From: Lama glama
Taxonomy: Eukaryota
NCBI GenBank assembly: GCA_028534125.1
Contig: CM052832.1
Location: 10,108,001-10,172,000 of the forward strand
Length of the DNA: 64,000 bases
Direction: 5' to 3'
Shown here: positions 50,201 through 61,190 of the stretch, in pieces
How the letters are laid out: each line of letters begins with the position of its first letter
Numbering within the stretch: the first letter of the stretch is position 1
Notes under the pieces: model-generated
Database searches by the model: none
What the model was told of the DNA's origin: nothing
Seen by the model: the letters and a program-made list of their open reading frames with translations, nothing else
Made by a program: the position numbers and the translations under genes

Positions 50201-52724
50201 AGCTCCTGGTGAAGGATTGAAGATGCATTTTGAAAATACAGCATCACTTGCTTCCTTTTATGAAAGTTAAAAATAAAAATATTGAGCTTGTTGAAATTGC
50301 TGTAAAATTCCTTTTTTGTATTTCCGTCAACTTACCTCTGTGAAACCAGTTTTCAACTCTGAATGCTATTAAAACAAAGCCTCAAAACAATTTCTTTATA
50401 TATTTTCCCCTAAAAGTTATCATGTCATTAATATTACTCAAATTAGGTAAGTTAATAAGCAAGAAGAATGTTCATTTGTCACATTAAAATCTTTAAATAG
50501 GGATAAACAAGGTGTTTGTTCAAAGTGTGAATATTGACATTTAATATGAAAATTGCTATTTCACTTCTAATTTTTTTTTAGTTATGACTGAGGAACAACA
50601 AAACGTTTCAGATATAACATGAAGCCACTATCTCAGTCTCCTACTGCACACTTTCAGTAAACAAGGTGTGCAGTTTTTACAAGTGAACTTTTCCTCCCTG
50701 TGTTTGTTCTGATTGTATTTGTTTGTTTGTTTGTCTTTGATTGTACTTACTGAAATGTAATTTTATGTCAGTTAGATCTAATAAGCATTTTGGGTTTGTA
50801 CTTTGTTTTCCTCTCATTTTATTTTTCTAGTAATTCATTTAAAATATATTTATTTATTTATATTTTGTTGGGGGGGTAATTAGGTTTATTTATTTAGTTA
50901 TTTATTTTAATGGAAGTACTGAGGATTGAACCCAGGACCTCATGCATGCTAAGCATGCATTCTACCACTGAGCTATACCCTCCCTCCTAGTAATTAATTT
51001 TTATTGTATTTTACAAAAAAAATAGTCATTGATGGACTGGAGATTTTTGTTTTTTAAATCTGTCTTAGTCCACTTGGGCTGCTGTAACAAAGCACCACAG
51101 ACTGGGTGACTTGTAAACAACAGAGATTTATTTCTCACAGTCCCGGCTGGAGGCTGGGAGCTGGAGATGAGCGTCCCAGTGTGGTGGAGTTCTGGTGAGG
51201 CCTCTTTCAGGGCATATCCTCACATGGCACAGAGGATGAGAGGGGTCTCTGGATAGCCCTTTCATAAGGGCACTAATTCCATTCACAGAGCCCCCACCCT
51301 CATGACCTAATCACCTCTAGAGGCCCCACCCCCTAATACCATCACATTGGGGGTTAAGATTTCAACATATGACTTTGTGGGGGACACAAACATTCAGTCC
51401 ACTGCAATCACAGACACTTTGAGAAGCTCTGATCTAGACTGAGGTGGGCAAACATTTTTGTAGAGACCACAGAGTAATGACTCTAGGCTTTGTCACCATA
51501 TGGCCCTCAGTCTGAACCACTCGACTTTCCTACTGTAGCATGAGAGCAGCCATGGACAATACATAAACACACAGGTGTGGCTGTGTCCCCCAAACTTTTA
51601 TTTACAGACACTAAAATTTGAATTTCCTGTAATTTTTGTGTGTCAAGAAATATTCTGTTTTCTGACAACTTTTCCAATCATTTAAAAAACATCCTTAGCT
51701 TTTAGACTATAGTTCATTGGCCCTGATCTGGGCCAAAAGGAATGGACAGACCAACATGATACCAACATGGTGGTGGGGGGTGGTTTTGTGGCCAGTGGAC
51801 ACACACTTAATCAGCACCTCCTATGTGCTAGGTACAGATACCTTCTTCAGAGATGCCAACTGGCTTGGGCTCCCCTGTAGCCAATCATTCAGGCTCCGTC
51901 TGGTCAACATGCTCCACTGATCTGTTTGAGCATCTCTGAGATTTGCAAATCATCAAGAAGACAGTGGGTGAAGTGGGTGCATGTATTGGTATCATGTTGG
52001 TCTGCGTGTGTGGGCACACACTCAGGTCCTCAAGGTCTGTGTTCCCAACAGCCTTCCCAGGACTCCTGGGCTGGTGATGGGCAGCCTTGCTTCTACGACT
52101 AGGCAACCAGGGGTCACCAAAAGGGAGTGAGGGGATCCCAGGGGAAGGGGCTCACCTGGAGACACAGCCAGATAGAACTTTAAGGACTTGGAGACAGAGT
52201 GGCTGGAAGCGTGGTAGTTTCGACACCAGTAGTGTCCCGAGTCTTCCTCCCTCAGACCAGTCATGGTGACGATGAAGAAGCCTTCATCCGGGTTGTCCCA
52301 GATTGAGAACCGAGAGGCCTGAACCAGCGTGTGGGGACTGGAGCTAGTGACCAGCCTCATGCACTTGAGTGGAGACACCTCCTTACACCAGCCTTTCTTC
52401 TCGTAGGGCCAGCTCTTGGGTGGGTACTGGCACCTCACGGAGAGGGTCTGCCCTGCCACGCTTTGGAGGTGCTGAGCCCCCGGGAGGGCCCACGAGCCTG
52501 GAGAAGAGGCTGCCTGTCAGGGCCATGCCAGGGTGTGCTTGACCCCCAGCACCCTGGCCACAGAGCCACTTGCCTGACGCCCCCTCTGACCCTGAGTCAC
52601 ACCCTCCCCTCCCCATGCTTGTCCCTCCCTCCTCACCTGGGAATGGCAGCAGCAGCAGCAGCAGTGGGAGTGGGGCTCTCCAGGCCACAGGGTGCCTGCC
52701 CAGTGTGCCAGAGGGAGAGGACAT
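47268..52724 (-). CDS. NCR2: Natural cytotoxicity triggering receptor 2 (NKp44/CD336); spliced CDS join(52724-52637, 52497-52156, 48323-48197, 48092-47982, 47292-47268), 693 nt, 230 aa from the upstream ATG
   Basis: Exon translations match human NKp44 as I recall it: leader (V)AWRAPLPLLLLLLPFPG; V-Ig VAGQTLSVRCQYPP..YEKKGWCKE..C.RLVTSS..SRFSIWDNPDEGFF.VTMT.LREEDSGHYWCR; stalk ASASMQ..DLVSQTESCV; TM ALVPVLCGLLVAKSLVLSALLV. All junctions are GT-AG with compatible phases (1,1,2,2); exon lengths 88+342+127+111+25 = 693 = 231 codons. Confidence 0.93.
47658..47775. repeat. Polypurine (GAG)n/(GGAA)n low-complexity tract in NCR2 intron 4
   Basis: About 115 nt of uninterrupted A/G on the + strand. 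Confidence 0.9.
47982..48092 (-). CDS. NCR2: NCR2 coding exon 4 (transmembrane exon with DAP12-pairing Lys), 111 nt
   Basis: Acceptor ctctgtcctccag|G, donor CA|gtgagt; QQNSTLWSSPAASRALVPVLCGLLVAKSLVLSALLV with NST sequon and intramembrane K. Confidence 0.92.
48197..48323 (-). CDS. NCR2: NCR2 coding exon 3 (Ser/Thr/Pro-rich stalk), 127 nt
   Basis: Acceptor ttctcttcccctggcag|CC, donor CA|gtgag; ASASMQATRAPHDLVSQTESCVSSTGAAREAPRASTTITALSQ resembles human ASASTQTSWTPRDLVSSQTQTQSCVPPTAGARQAPESPSTIPVPSQ. Confidence 0.9.
49550..51050 (+). mobile_element. hAT-Charlie transposase relic in NCR2 intron 2
   Basis: Degenerate frame at ~50320-50380 reads FPSTYLCETSF/TLNAIKTK, the hAT C-terminal dimerisation motif; RLAY-like motif at ~49870. 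Confidence 0.7.
50841..50986 (-). mobile_element. tRNA-derived SINE, camelid Vic-1 type, with target-site duplication
   Basis: Same family on the minus strand; TSD ctagtaatt(c/a)attt at 50827-50840 and 50987-51000. Confidence 0.88.
51061..51407 (-). mobile_element. MaLR LTR (MLT1A/MST-like)
   Basis: tgtcttagtccacttgggctgctgtaacaaagcaccacagactgggtgactt ... gacacaaacattcagtccactgca. Confidence 0.8.
51440..51720. mobile_element. MER58-like hAT MITE
   Basis: ggcaaacatttttgtagag ... ctgtagcatgagagcagccatggacaat ... aaacttttatttacagacactaaaatttgaatttc. Confidence 0.65.
52156..52497 (-). CDS. NCR2: NCR2 coding exon 2 (V-type Ig domain), 342 nt
   Basis: Acceptor ctcttctccag|GC, donor CCAG|gtgag; open frame with four Cys (VRC, GWC, LKC, YWC) and DSGHYWC motif; overlaps ORF 52022..52459. 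Confidence 0.96.
52637..52724 (-). CDS. NCR2: NCR2 coding exon 1 (signal peptide): MSSPSGTLGRHPVAWRAPLPLLLLLLPFP(G)
   Basis: ATG at 52724-52722 in context cccgccATG; GTG at 52688-52686 aligns with human Met1; (CTG)n Leu run; donor CCAG|gtgag at 52637/52636, phase 1. Confidence 0.85.
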
Positions 52725-52739
52725 GGCGGGGGGCACCCG

Positions 52740-53100
52740 GGAGATGGAAACAAAAGATGCCCCAATTCTCCTGGCTCTTCCAGCACCTCTGTGATGGGCA
52801 AAATGAGAAAGGCCTGGCCTGGGAGTGGGAGGGGGAGACCTGTGAGGCCAGATTCTGTGAGGAAGTGAGGCTCTCTAGCTGCAGCTGGGACTCCAGACCC
52901 GGAAGACGCAGCCCTGCTCGGCTGCAGCCCTGAGTCCATGAAAAAGCGGTTCCTCTCCTCTGTGCCCGGCTGCCCCTTCCCCACTGCGACCTACCCCTGG
53001 GGGAGGAGCTGAGCAGGCCAGGAGGAAACTGTGGTCAGGCACCCATGCTTTCTCTTCTTCCTCTCTTTGTGTACTGCCTTTTCTTCCCAGCACCCTGGCT
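52740..53100 (-). promoter_or_regulatory. Putative NCR2 proximal promoter
   Basis: Directly 5' of exon 1; ETS core GAGGAAGT near 52859-52867 and adjacent ETS/RUNX-like AGGAAACTGTGGT at 53023-53035; no TSS evidence available. Confidence 0.45.
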
Positions 53101-55682
53101 CTGCCTTACTCTCCGGGGAAAGCCATGCCAAAGGTGGGTGACAGGCTCAGGAGCACTTAGGGGTCTGAGCAGGAGCCAGAAGCCCCACTGGTCCCCAGGC
53201 TGATCAGTTGGGCCTGCCTGGTGGGTGGGGAGAGAGGGGAGCAGAGGAGCCTGGACCCGGCATCATCTCTGCACCCGTAACTGTCCACCTGCGGATATTA
53301 GAAACATTTGTGTAATTAATACATAAAGAGGTGAAAGGGCCTAACATATTTCTTTCACGAATGTTAGCACTTTTAAGATTTAATTTTAAAAAGATGCAAT
53401 TTACAAAGAGTAAGAAATTAGAGAAAGAGAGAGAGAGATTCGGACCATCCGCCAGCACTATGTGGAGGTGTAATTCCAGTTGTGGCCACTGGGGGCTCTG
53501 CAGTCCAACCCCTGCGCTGGGAGCTCCGTGTACAGAATCAATGATTGACACGGGAGTTTGAATCCATCAAGGGGACTTGATTCTAAGTCCACTGCTTTGC
53601 TCCGCCCCCTCGACTCCTACTTCCCTGCTCCCCACTCTGCCTCGGTGCAGTGAGCAGAGACTGAGGATAAGGGCAGAGATAGACAAAAGGAGAACACAGT
53701 GGGGACATCGGCTGTGAGCACCCGAGGGTCCGCAGGTGGGAAAGCAGGATGGAGCTTTGAGCCAGAAGAAAGCTGGGAACAACGCCAATCGCCCTCCGGC
53801 ACAATGCTAGTTTACAACGTGTGTTCCCGGGCCCTCTCCTGTAATCGCCACAATGGGTTTGTGAGGGTAGTGTTGCTTTCTTTCTCATATCTGAGGCCCA
53901 GAAACGCCAGTGACCTGCTCAAAGTGGGTCGATGAGGTAGTGGTGTAACCAGACCAGACCCCTAACTTCCGGCCACCTTCAGCTGAAGTCTGACCCGTGG
54001 ACAGGACAGGAAATGATTGCATGTCACAGGCAGAGGCAGCTCTGGGGTGGGGAGGGGGTGTCCTGGCCCTCAGCTGAGCTCAGAGCCTCCTCTCTGAACC
54101 TAATTACATACCACATGGGAGAGGCAGCCTCCTGAGGAAGGAAGGTGTCCTAGCTGGCATAAAGGTGTGTCACCGTGTGTCAGGGTGTGTAGCAACCCTT
54201 TCCCACGCTGATTTTCCCCTTGTCTGGCCACTGGAACCACTGGGCAGGGACACCACCTTCCGCAGCCTCGAGGTCACTCTGTCCATGATCCCCTGTCTCT
54301 GTGTTCCTCCAACCTGTGGTCGTCTCCGAGCTGATCTCTGCTGTGTCAGCGTGGGTCCTCGCTTCCCAAAACAGGAAGCTCTCTCAGGGTGGGATCTGCC
54401 CCTTTCTCTGGACTGCAGCCTCCTCACCAGTATGAGTTGGGTGAGCACTGTCCGCAGAGAATGGGGGACTCGGGCACCCCAGCGGAGGACTCTGCCGGAA
54501 CCGTCTGGATCCTGGCTCTCCTCTGGCAGCCAGGACCTGGAGCTTCAGGTATGGGAGCTGGAGTGAGGGGAGCCTGGGCTTCAGGTGAGCCTGGCCCTGC
54601 TCCCAGGTGCTCACAACAGCCCCTGGCACAGTTTGAAGTTTTGCAAGAGGGACCAGGCATGGGTGGGATTTGGGGCTCCTGCAGAAGTGTCCTCAGGAGG
54701 TGGGGGAAGGATCCACTCTCACACTGTCAGGGCAGGATGCAGCCAGAAGTCCTGTCAGAGGCGTGGGGCTCGGATGTTCTCCAAGGGGATAGGTGGGGAT
54801 TCTGGGGTTCCCAGTGTGTTTCCTGGGGGCACGACCAACCCAGTCTAATGTGGACAAAATCCTTAGTAGCCTGAACACATTGTTTCATGTTTTTTTCTAC
54901 CACAGTCAGTGCTCACTACCGTGCGGAAGGGAGGTGTAATTTGTATCCAGCACTGCATAGAGCCTCTGCTACTGCCCACAGACTGAACCACTAAGTAGAC
55001 TCTTAACAATTAAATCATACAATAGTTAGTATTTTGGTGTGTAATATTGTGTCCTACATCTTGAGGTGGGTAATAGTGGTGATAAGTCGGAGAATTGATC
55101 TGGGAGGTTGGGTGGCCTGGGAACGCTTTACTATGCTTCTTACTTGTCATGACAAATCCAGACTCATGATATCTGAAAATCACCATGAGACTCATTCTCA
55201 GGAGCAGAGATAGCCAGGGCGTGAGGTGTGACTGCATCATTTCAACTACCAGGCACCCTCCAGGCCTGGTCTCCTGGAGACTAGAGGGGCTTAGGGGCTG
55301 GTCGGGCCCCCTGAGCCCTAACCAGCCTTGAACCTGTCCTTTTGGTAGGGTGTTGAGGGTAGGAGGAAAGCCAGGAGTAGGGAAAAAGGGGGTGTGGAGA
55401 GTAGAGAGGAAGTATGTGTTTTGGGGGGGGCTGGTGGGCAGGTGGATCGGGAAGGCAGCCACAGTACCAGGGCTGCCCCTGCAGGGCAGAGGTGCTCTCA
55501 GTAGCTGAAGACTCCCCCCAGAGGACCCTCCCCTCCCTACTGCCCACAGAACCTGCCCTGCAGGCCTCAAACTCACCCAGTTAAGGCCTTTCTTTTCTCA
55601 GTCTTAGCCCTCGATGTGTTGGGGCATCTGGGCAGTCACATCATACTTGACTTTACACACCCCAGTCCAGGGAGAAGGCACC

Positions 55683-56222
55683 ATGTCTCTGGAAGCCTCA
55701 CACTGCTGCTGGTCCTGCTGCTGGTCCTGCTGGTTCTGCTGGCCTCAGGTGAGGGAACAGGTTGGAGGCGCACAGGGAGGGAAGGACAGGTGTGGCGCTA
55801 GGGCTGGAGGGCCACGTGGGGTCAGGTTCAGAGTGAGGGCATGTCCCAGCGCTCAGCCTGACCTGAGGACTTCTGCAGGTTCCTGGATACAGAGACAAAA
55901 GATGGAGGAGATTTGGCACAGGAAGGTGGGGCAGATGCTCTCCGAGAGCTGCAGGTACTCAAACAAAGAAGGAAATTCATGTAAAGCAAAATCTTGTGTA
56001 GGAGGAAATCATCAAAGTCTAAGTGCTTAGTCTCCACTTCCAAGCCCAGGACATTGGCCCAGGACTCTCTGTACATGATCTGGGATGACCCTGACTCTGG
56101 GTTCACAAATATCTCCATGGCAGAACTCAAAGAGTTGGATTCAGGAAACTACTGGCGTGCAATCAAGAATTCCAAAGGTGGCACCATTCTGTACAAGAAA
56201 ATCCACCTGCTGGTGTCCCCAG
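55683..56222 (+). pseudogene. Unprocessed TREM-family (TREML4/NCR2-like) V-Ig receptor pseudogene, exon 1 (55683-55748) and exon 2 (55879-56222)
   Basis: Exon 1 reads MSLEASH/LLLVLLLVLLVLLAS(G) across a 1-nt deletion, donor CAG|gtgagg. Exon 2 has acceptor ttctgcag|GT and reads GSWIQRQKMEEIWHRKVGQMLSESCRY..KAKS/CRRKSSKSKCLVSTSKPRTLAQDSLYMIWDDPDSGFTNISMAELKELDSGNYWRAI..IHLLVSP, donor CAG|gtgag. Exon 2 is 344 nt (3n-1), with the indel in the W of KSWC (~55996); the F-strand Cys codon is CGT at 56156-56158. Confidence 0.88.
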
Positions 56223-56687
56223 GTGAGCTCTTTGCTGAGGGCAGGGGGGTTTCTGGAGTGTCACCCCCTTCCCCAGCTGCCCTCACCCCAGATCCCACCT
56301 GTTCCCTGCTTCCTCCCACACTGACTCCAGTGGGAAGGAAAGATTTCAAGGACTGAAAAGAGCCAGGGGCCGGGGTCCGGGAAGAGGGTTGGATGGAAGA
56401 GAAGGTGTGGAACAGTCAGTGAAGGAACTTCATGTTCTGAATTCCTCCTCCTCACTTCTCAGGGCTGTGTACCAATATAGTGGGGGCAGTGGTGTCGTCT
56501 GCCCCGAGCCTGGCCAAGGCCCCAGGGCCCATGGAGCTCACTCCCCGCTGAGCCAGGGGTCCTCCCACCTCTTCTTGCTCCTCCATGACCACTGAGATCG
56601 GGGCCTCTGAGGACAAGGCACTCCTGTGTCTCTGGAAGAGGCCACCCAGCATGTGACCCACTGCTGTGGTGGCGCCTCTCTCTCCAG

Positions 56688-56820
56688 AGCTGAGGACCAA
56701 CCACCAGACTGCCTTCTCCAACTCCATGCCCAAATCATGGGTCCGCCACCTGCAAGACTCTCCTTGAGCATCTAGGCTGCCCCTCCCACCCAGCTCCCCT
56801 CAATGGGACCAAACCCAACT
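56688..56820 (+). pseudogene. Possible degraded stalk exon (exon 3) of the TREM-like pseudogene
   Basis: Acceptor ctctctctccag at 56687; one frame reads PTTRLPSPTPCP..SHPAPLNGTKP, reminiscent of the TREML4 stalk (PTTSP..SGHPSINGSE); no intact donor. Confidence 0.35.
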
Positions 56821-59800
56821 GGCTGGCATCCTCCCCTTCCCTGCACCTCTCCCTCCATCCAGGGCCTCGTGTTTCTCCATCAGGCCACCCAGGTCACCAC
56901 TGTCCATTGCTGTCAGCTTTGGTTCCCCTTTTTCCAGTTAAAGGGAATATCCTTAGTTCATACCATATACAAAATGTAGTGTTTGATATTTTCAAAATTG
57001 GCATGCGTTTTAACAGTATACGGCAATGAAGGGAAGATATTCCCATCCTATATGCCAGACAAAGGGGTTAATGGATTTGGCACCTAAATGTCTTTTTCTT
57101 TTAAATAAATAAGAATCAGGCAAACATTGCCATTTTTAAAAGGGCTAAGGATATGGACAAGTAACTTATTAAAGAATAAAGAACAAACAATATGTACAAA
57201 CATGTATTCAAAATGGCTGATAATGAAATGAGAAATGAAGTGAGACCCCACGCTTGGCCCATTCATTCAAAGAAGATTAAAATAAATGATAATCATCTTC
57301 TGTGCTGGAGAAGTGTCGGGAAAAGGGAATTCTGGGGAGCTGCTGGAAGGACGTAATTGATAGCCTCTTCCTGGAGGGCAATCTGGTGATGAATGAAAAG
57401 GCAGAAAAAGTAATTTATTCATCCATTCAACTATTGATGGACATTCGAGCTGTTTCTAATTTTTGGCTGTTGTGAATAAAGCTGCAATGAATATTTTTTT
57501 TAAAAAAACAGAAAAAGGAAAACAGACGCACCTAGCTTGTGAAGCAGCCATTCTAAAAATTTTTCTAAGTAATTTGATGTGTGTGCTGATTGCTTTTCTG
57601 TTTAAAAAGATAATTACACAAGACTCAAAAAACCAAAAAACTCCTCCACCATTCTGAGTCCCAGCTTCCATTACCCTGAAGGAATCCACTTCCAGTCTTT
57701 TATCTATTTATTCTGATATTTACCTCTGTATTTTGGGGAGAGGAAAAATAAAGCTTATACTGCCATTTGTTGATTTTCCAGTTTTACATATTATCCGTTA
57801 ATCTCCTGTTAATGAAGGTGAGGATTGAATCATTTAGCACATCACGTTTCCATCCACCCCACTTCCTCTGTCCCTAAACCCACACAGTACTGTCAAATCA
57901 CAACTGTCCATAAAAGATAGATATTCAGATTTTACATTTTCTGACCCTGTAAATATTTTTTATAGCCTAGCCATGGAATGAATGTACTGTGATTATTTTT
58001 TCTTTTCAATATAATTCTTTAATTTTCCCCTGTCATTGCCATATTTGTCATTTGTTTTATTTGCCAAGTATTTAGCACTAATTCATTTCTCAACTCTCTA
58101 TCCAAAGTGTAAATTTCATCTCAGACATTCAAACACATTAAGCCATCAATTGGAGCCATTCCTTTGAGGGTGGGGAGGGGTCTCAGGTGCCAGAGGGGTA
58201 AATAATCAGGAAGTGACACTTCCATTTACAGTTCTTTGGACAAAACAATAATATGGCCTTGCCCAATTTCAGAAGAGCTAAGAATTATGATTCTCCCAAA
58301 TTCGTCTAGATGGAAATAAAAATAAACTAAATAATGCTGAATAGTAGTCATGTCAACCACATACCTGTAGGCATATCTAGCAAAAAAAATTTTTTCTGTG
58401 ATAACTAAGAAAAAAAAGTCTACAAGCATCAATGTTGGAGGGAAGAAAGGGTTACTTCCAAAGGACTTAATTTAAAAAATCTTGGTTTCAGAGCTTACTG
58501 CTGCTGCACTAAATGCTAGAAGACAACAAATTATTCCTTCTCGAGAATGGGGGAAATATTATGATTCAGTAATTTTATGCCTCATTAAAGTGTCCTCATT
58601 TTGTAAAGACAGCCCAAAGAGTTTTCATATGGAAAAACCCAGGTACCTTTCTTTAAAACTGGAGATTGAAATTTTACTTCGGTTCACTGAGGTAAAAAGT
58701 GAAAAAACAAAATGACAAACGAGCAAGCTGGGTTTACAAATATAGAGTTAATCAGTAACAGCTGCCTTTAATTCTGTTTTAAAGATAAACAAAACTTAAC
58801 GTTTGTCACTGTGCATAGAAATGCAATTGAGTTTTATGGTTTGATCTTCTATTTGGTGCCTTGATAATTTCTCCTATTATATCTCCAGTCATTTATTGTA
58901 TATACATTTGGAACGTCTACATAGATTATCACATCACTGGAAATGTTAGTTCTATCACTTGCTTCGCATCCTTATGGCTGACTTCCTTTTTTATGGCCTT
59001 AAGGCATTGCCGACAGGAAGAGGTGATAATGGGTGTGCCTGTCTTGCTCCTGAATTTGCAGGGAAGGCGCTCACGTTTCCAGGGTCAGGTATCTTATTGT
59101 ACGATATGCACCGCTCCCAGGCAAGAGGAAGGCACTCCAGCAGCCTGTTCCTCTGCAAATTTTAACTGTGTATGACTTTGCAATGCGGTTTTAATTTTTC
59201 AAATATTTACTTTTAGTTGTATTTTGGTCACTTATCCCTAATTTAATTTCATCATGGGCACAGAATGTGGACCGTATTCTGGGGTGCAGTGTGCGCAGTC
59301 TGTGGAGCCCGGATTCCCTCGCGGGGACAGCTGGTCATTTCACTCAGATCTGTTGGGTGACAGAAGCCCGGTGGCTAGTGTGAATTCCAGGCAAACTCAA
59401 GAAGCTTTGGCTCGCTCTTTGTGCAGCTTTCTCCCATGTCGTCAACCATTATTCTTTCCTTTCCTGTATAATAATTGGTTTTAACTGAAATCTAAATCAT
59501 TGTCTTCTTAAATTTTTAACTTTTCATGTTCTGATATAATTCAGCCCCAAATTCTTGGCCACCTGTCTGAATGTCCTCCTAAGACATTCCAACCCATTGG
59601 GGATGCTGCTGATTGACGTCCTAAAAACTCACTCCTGCAACTCCTGTTGCCCCAGTGTGAACTCACTGCCCTCCATACCTGGTCCATGGCCATCATTTGG
59701 GGTCTCTCTTCTCCACTATCCGGGGGCTCCCCTGCGTCTCCCCCATGCCATTCTCCTTTTCCTGTTTCTTGTATCTTTGTTTACTTTGCATGAGTGAAGC

Positions 59801-60554
59801 ACATCCTTCAGCAACTACCTGAGAAAGGCAAAGTGGAAAATACATTCTGAGATCTTTTACATGTAAAAATGCCTCTCTTTTATTTTGACACCGGTAGTTT
59901 GACTGACACAATCTTTTGAGTTGAAAACCATTTGTCCTCAGAATCCTGCAGGCATTGCTCTGTTACCTTTGAGCTTCCACCCCTGTTGCACGGTCTGAAG
60001 CCATTAGAATAAGTGTGGTGACCTGTGTCCTGTTGCTGTCACGTTGTCTTCTTTGAGCTCCCAGCGCCCCAGAGTGCCATAGGGGTGAGGCTCAGAGTGT
60101 GTCTGTTCCCACCCATTTGTTCAGGGCAGTGAGTGAATTTTTCAATCTAGAAATTCATGGTAGAATTTCTTCATTTAAATCAGGGGTGATTCCCCATTTC
60201 TGTTCTCTCTTTCTAGAACTCCTTTTATTCAAATACTAACCTCGTGGACTAGTTGACTTACGTTTTCTCTCCTATTTCTCTACTGAGCTCGTTCTGTCTC
60301 CCTCCCTCTCTCCTTCTCTCTTACTCTTATTATCTGGGAGGTCTCTTCAACTTTATTTTCTAATTCTTTCTTGGAAATTAAATTTCTGCTATGATATATA
60401 TTTTTAAATTTTCAAGGGCTATTTTGGGTCTTTTAAACAGGTTTTCTGTTTTATTCCTGGCTCCCTAGATGATCCCTGTTTCCTGTGAATTTCCTTTGTT
60501 CCCAAAAGGGCACAGAGAGGGGTCCCTTTCCCCACTCTCTGTTCAGTTTTCCGT

Positions 60555-61190
60555 ACAAAAACCTCCACGTGGATGCTTATAGCAGCTTTATTTATAATTG
60601 CCAAAACTTGGACACAACCAAGATGTCCTTGGGTAGGTGAATAAATAAATAAACTGTGGTGCACCCAAACAATGGAATATTATTCAGCACTAAAAAGAAA
60701 TGAAATATCAAGCCATGAAAAGACAAGGAGGAAATTTAAATACAGATGGCTAAGTGAAAGAAGCCAATCTGAAAGGGCTCCATAATGTATGATTCCAACT
60801 ATAAGACACTCTGGAAAAGGTCAAACTATAGAGACAGTAAAAAAGATCAGGGGTTGCCAGGGGTTAGGCGGGGAGGGAGGGAGCCTAGAGATTTTTAGAG
60901 CAGTGAAACTATTGTGTGTGACACTGTAACAGTAGCTGCATGTCATTACACATTTGTCCAAACCCACAGAGGGTACAACACCAAGAGTGGACTCTAATGT
61001 AAACCATGGGCTTTGGGTGGTAACGATGTATCACTATCACTGTGGGTTCATTGGCTGTAACGCATGTACCACTCTGGTGAGGGATACTGACAGCGAGGGA
61101 GGCTGTGCATGTAGGGGGTAGGGGCAAAGGGAACTCTCTGTGTCTTATTCCAAATTTCATTGTGAACCTTAAAAATAAAGTCTATTAAAA
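60555..61190 (+). mobile_element. LINE-1 3' end (L1MC-like)
   Basis: aaactgtggtgcacccaaacaatggaatattattcagcactaaaaagaaatg ... acatttgtccaaacccacaga ... aataaagtctattaaaaa. Confidence 0.8.

Noticed and set aside
52331..52933. 200-aa + strand ORF over NCR2 exons 1-2
   Set aside because: Antisense shadow of GC-rich coding exons; no independent support.
58209..58223. Palindrome GGAAGTG-A-CACTTCC (two inverted ETS cores)
   Set aside because: A single short palindrome amid decayed repeat sequence; compatible with chance.
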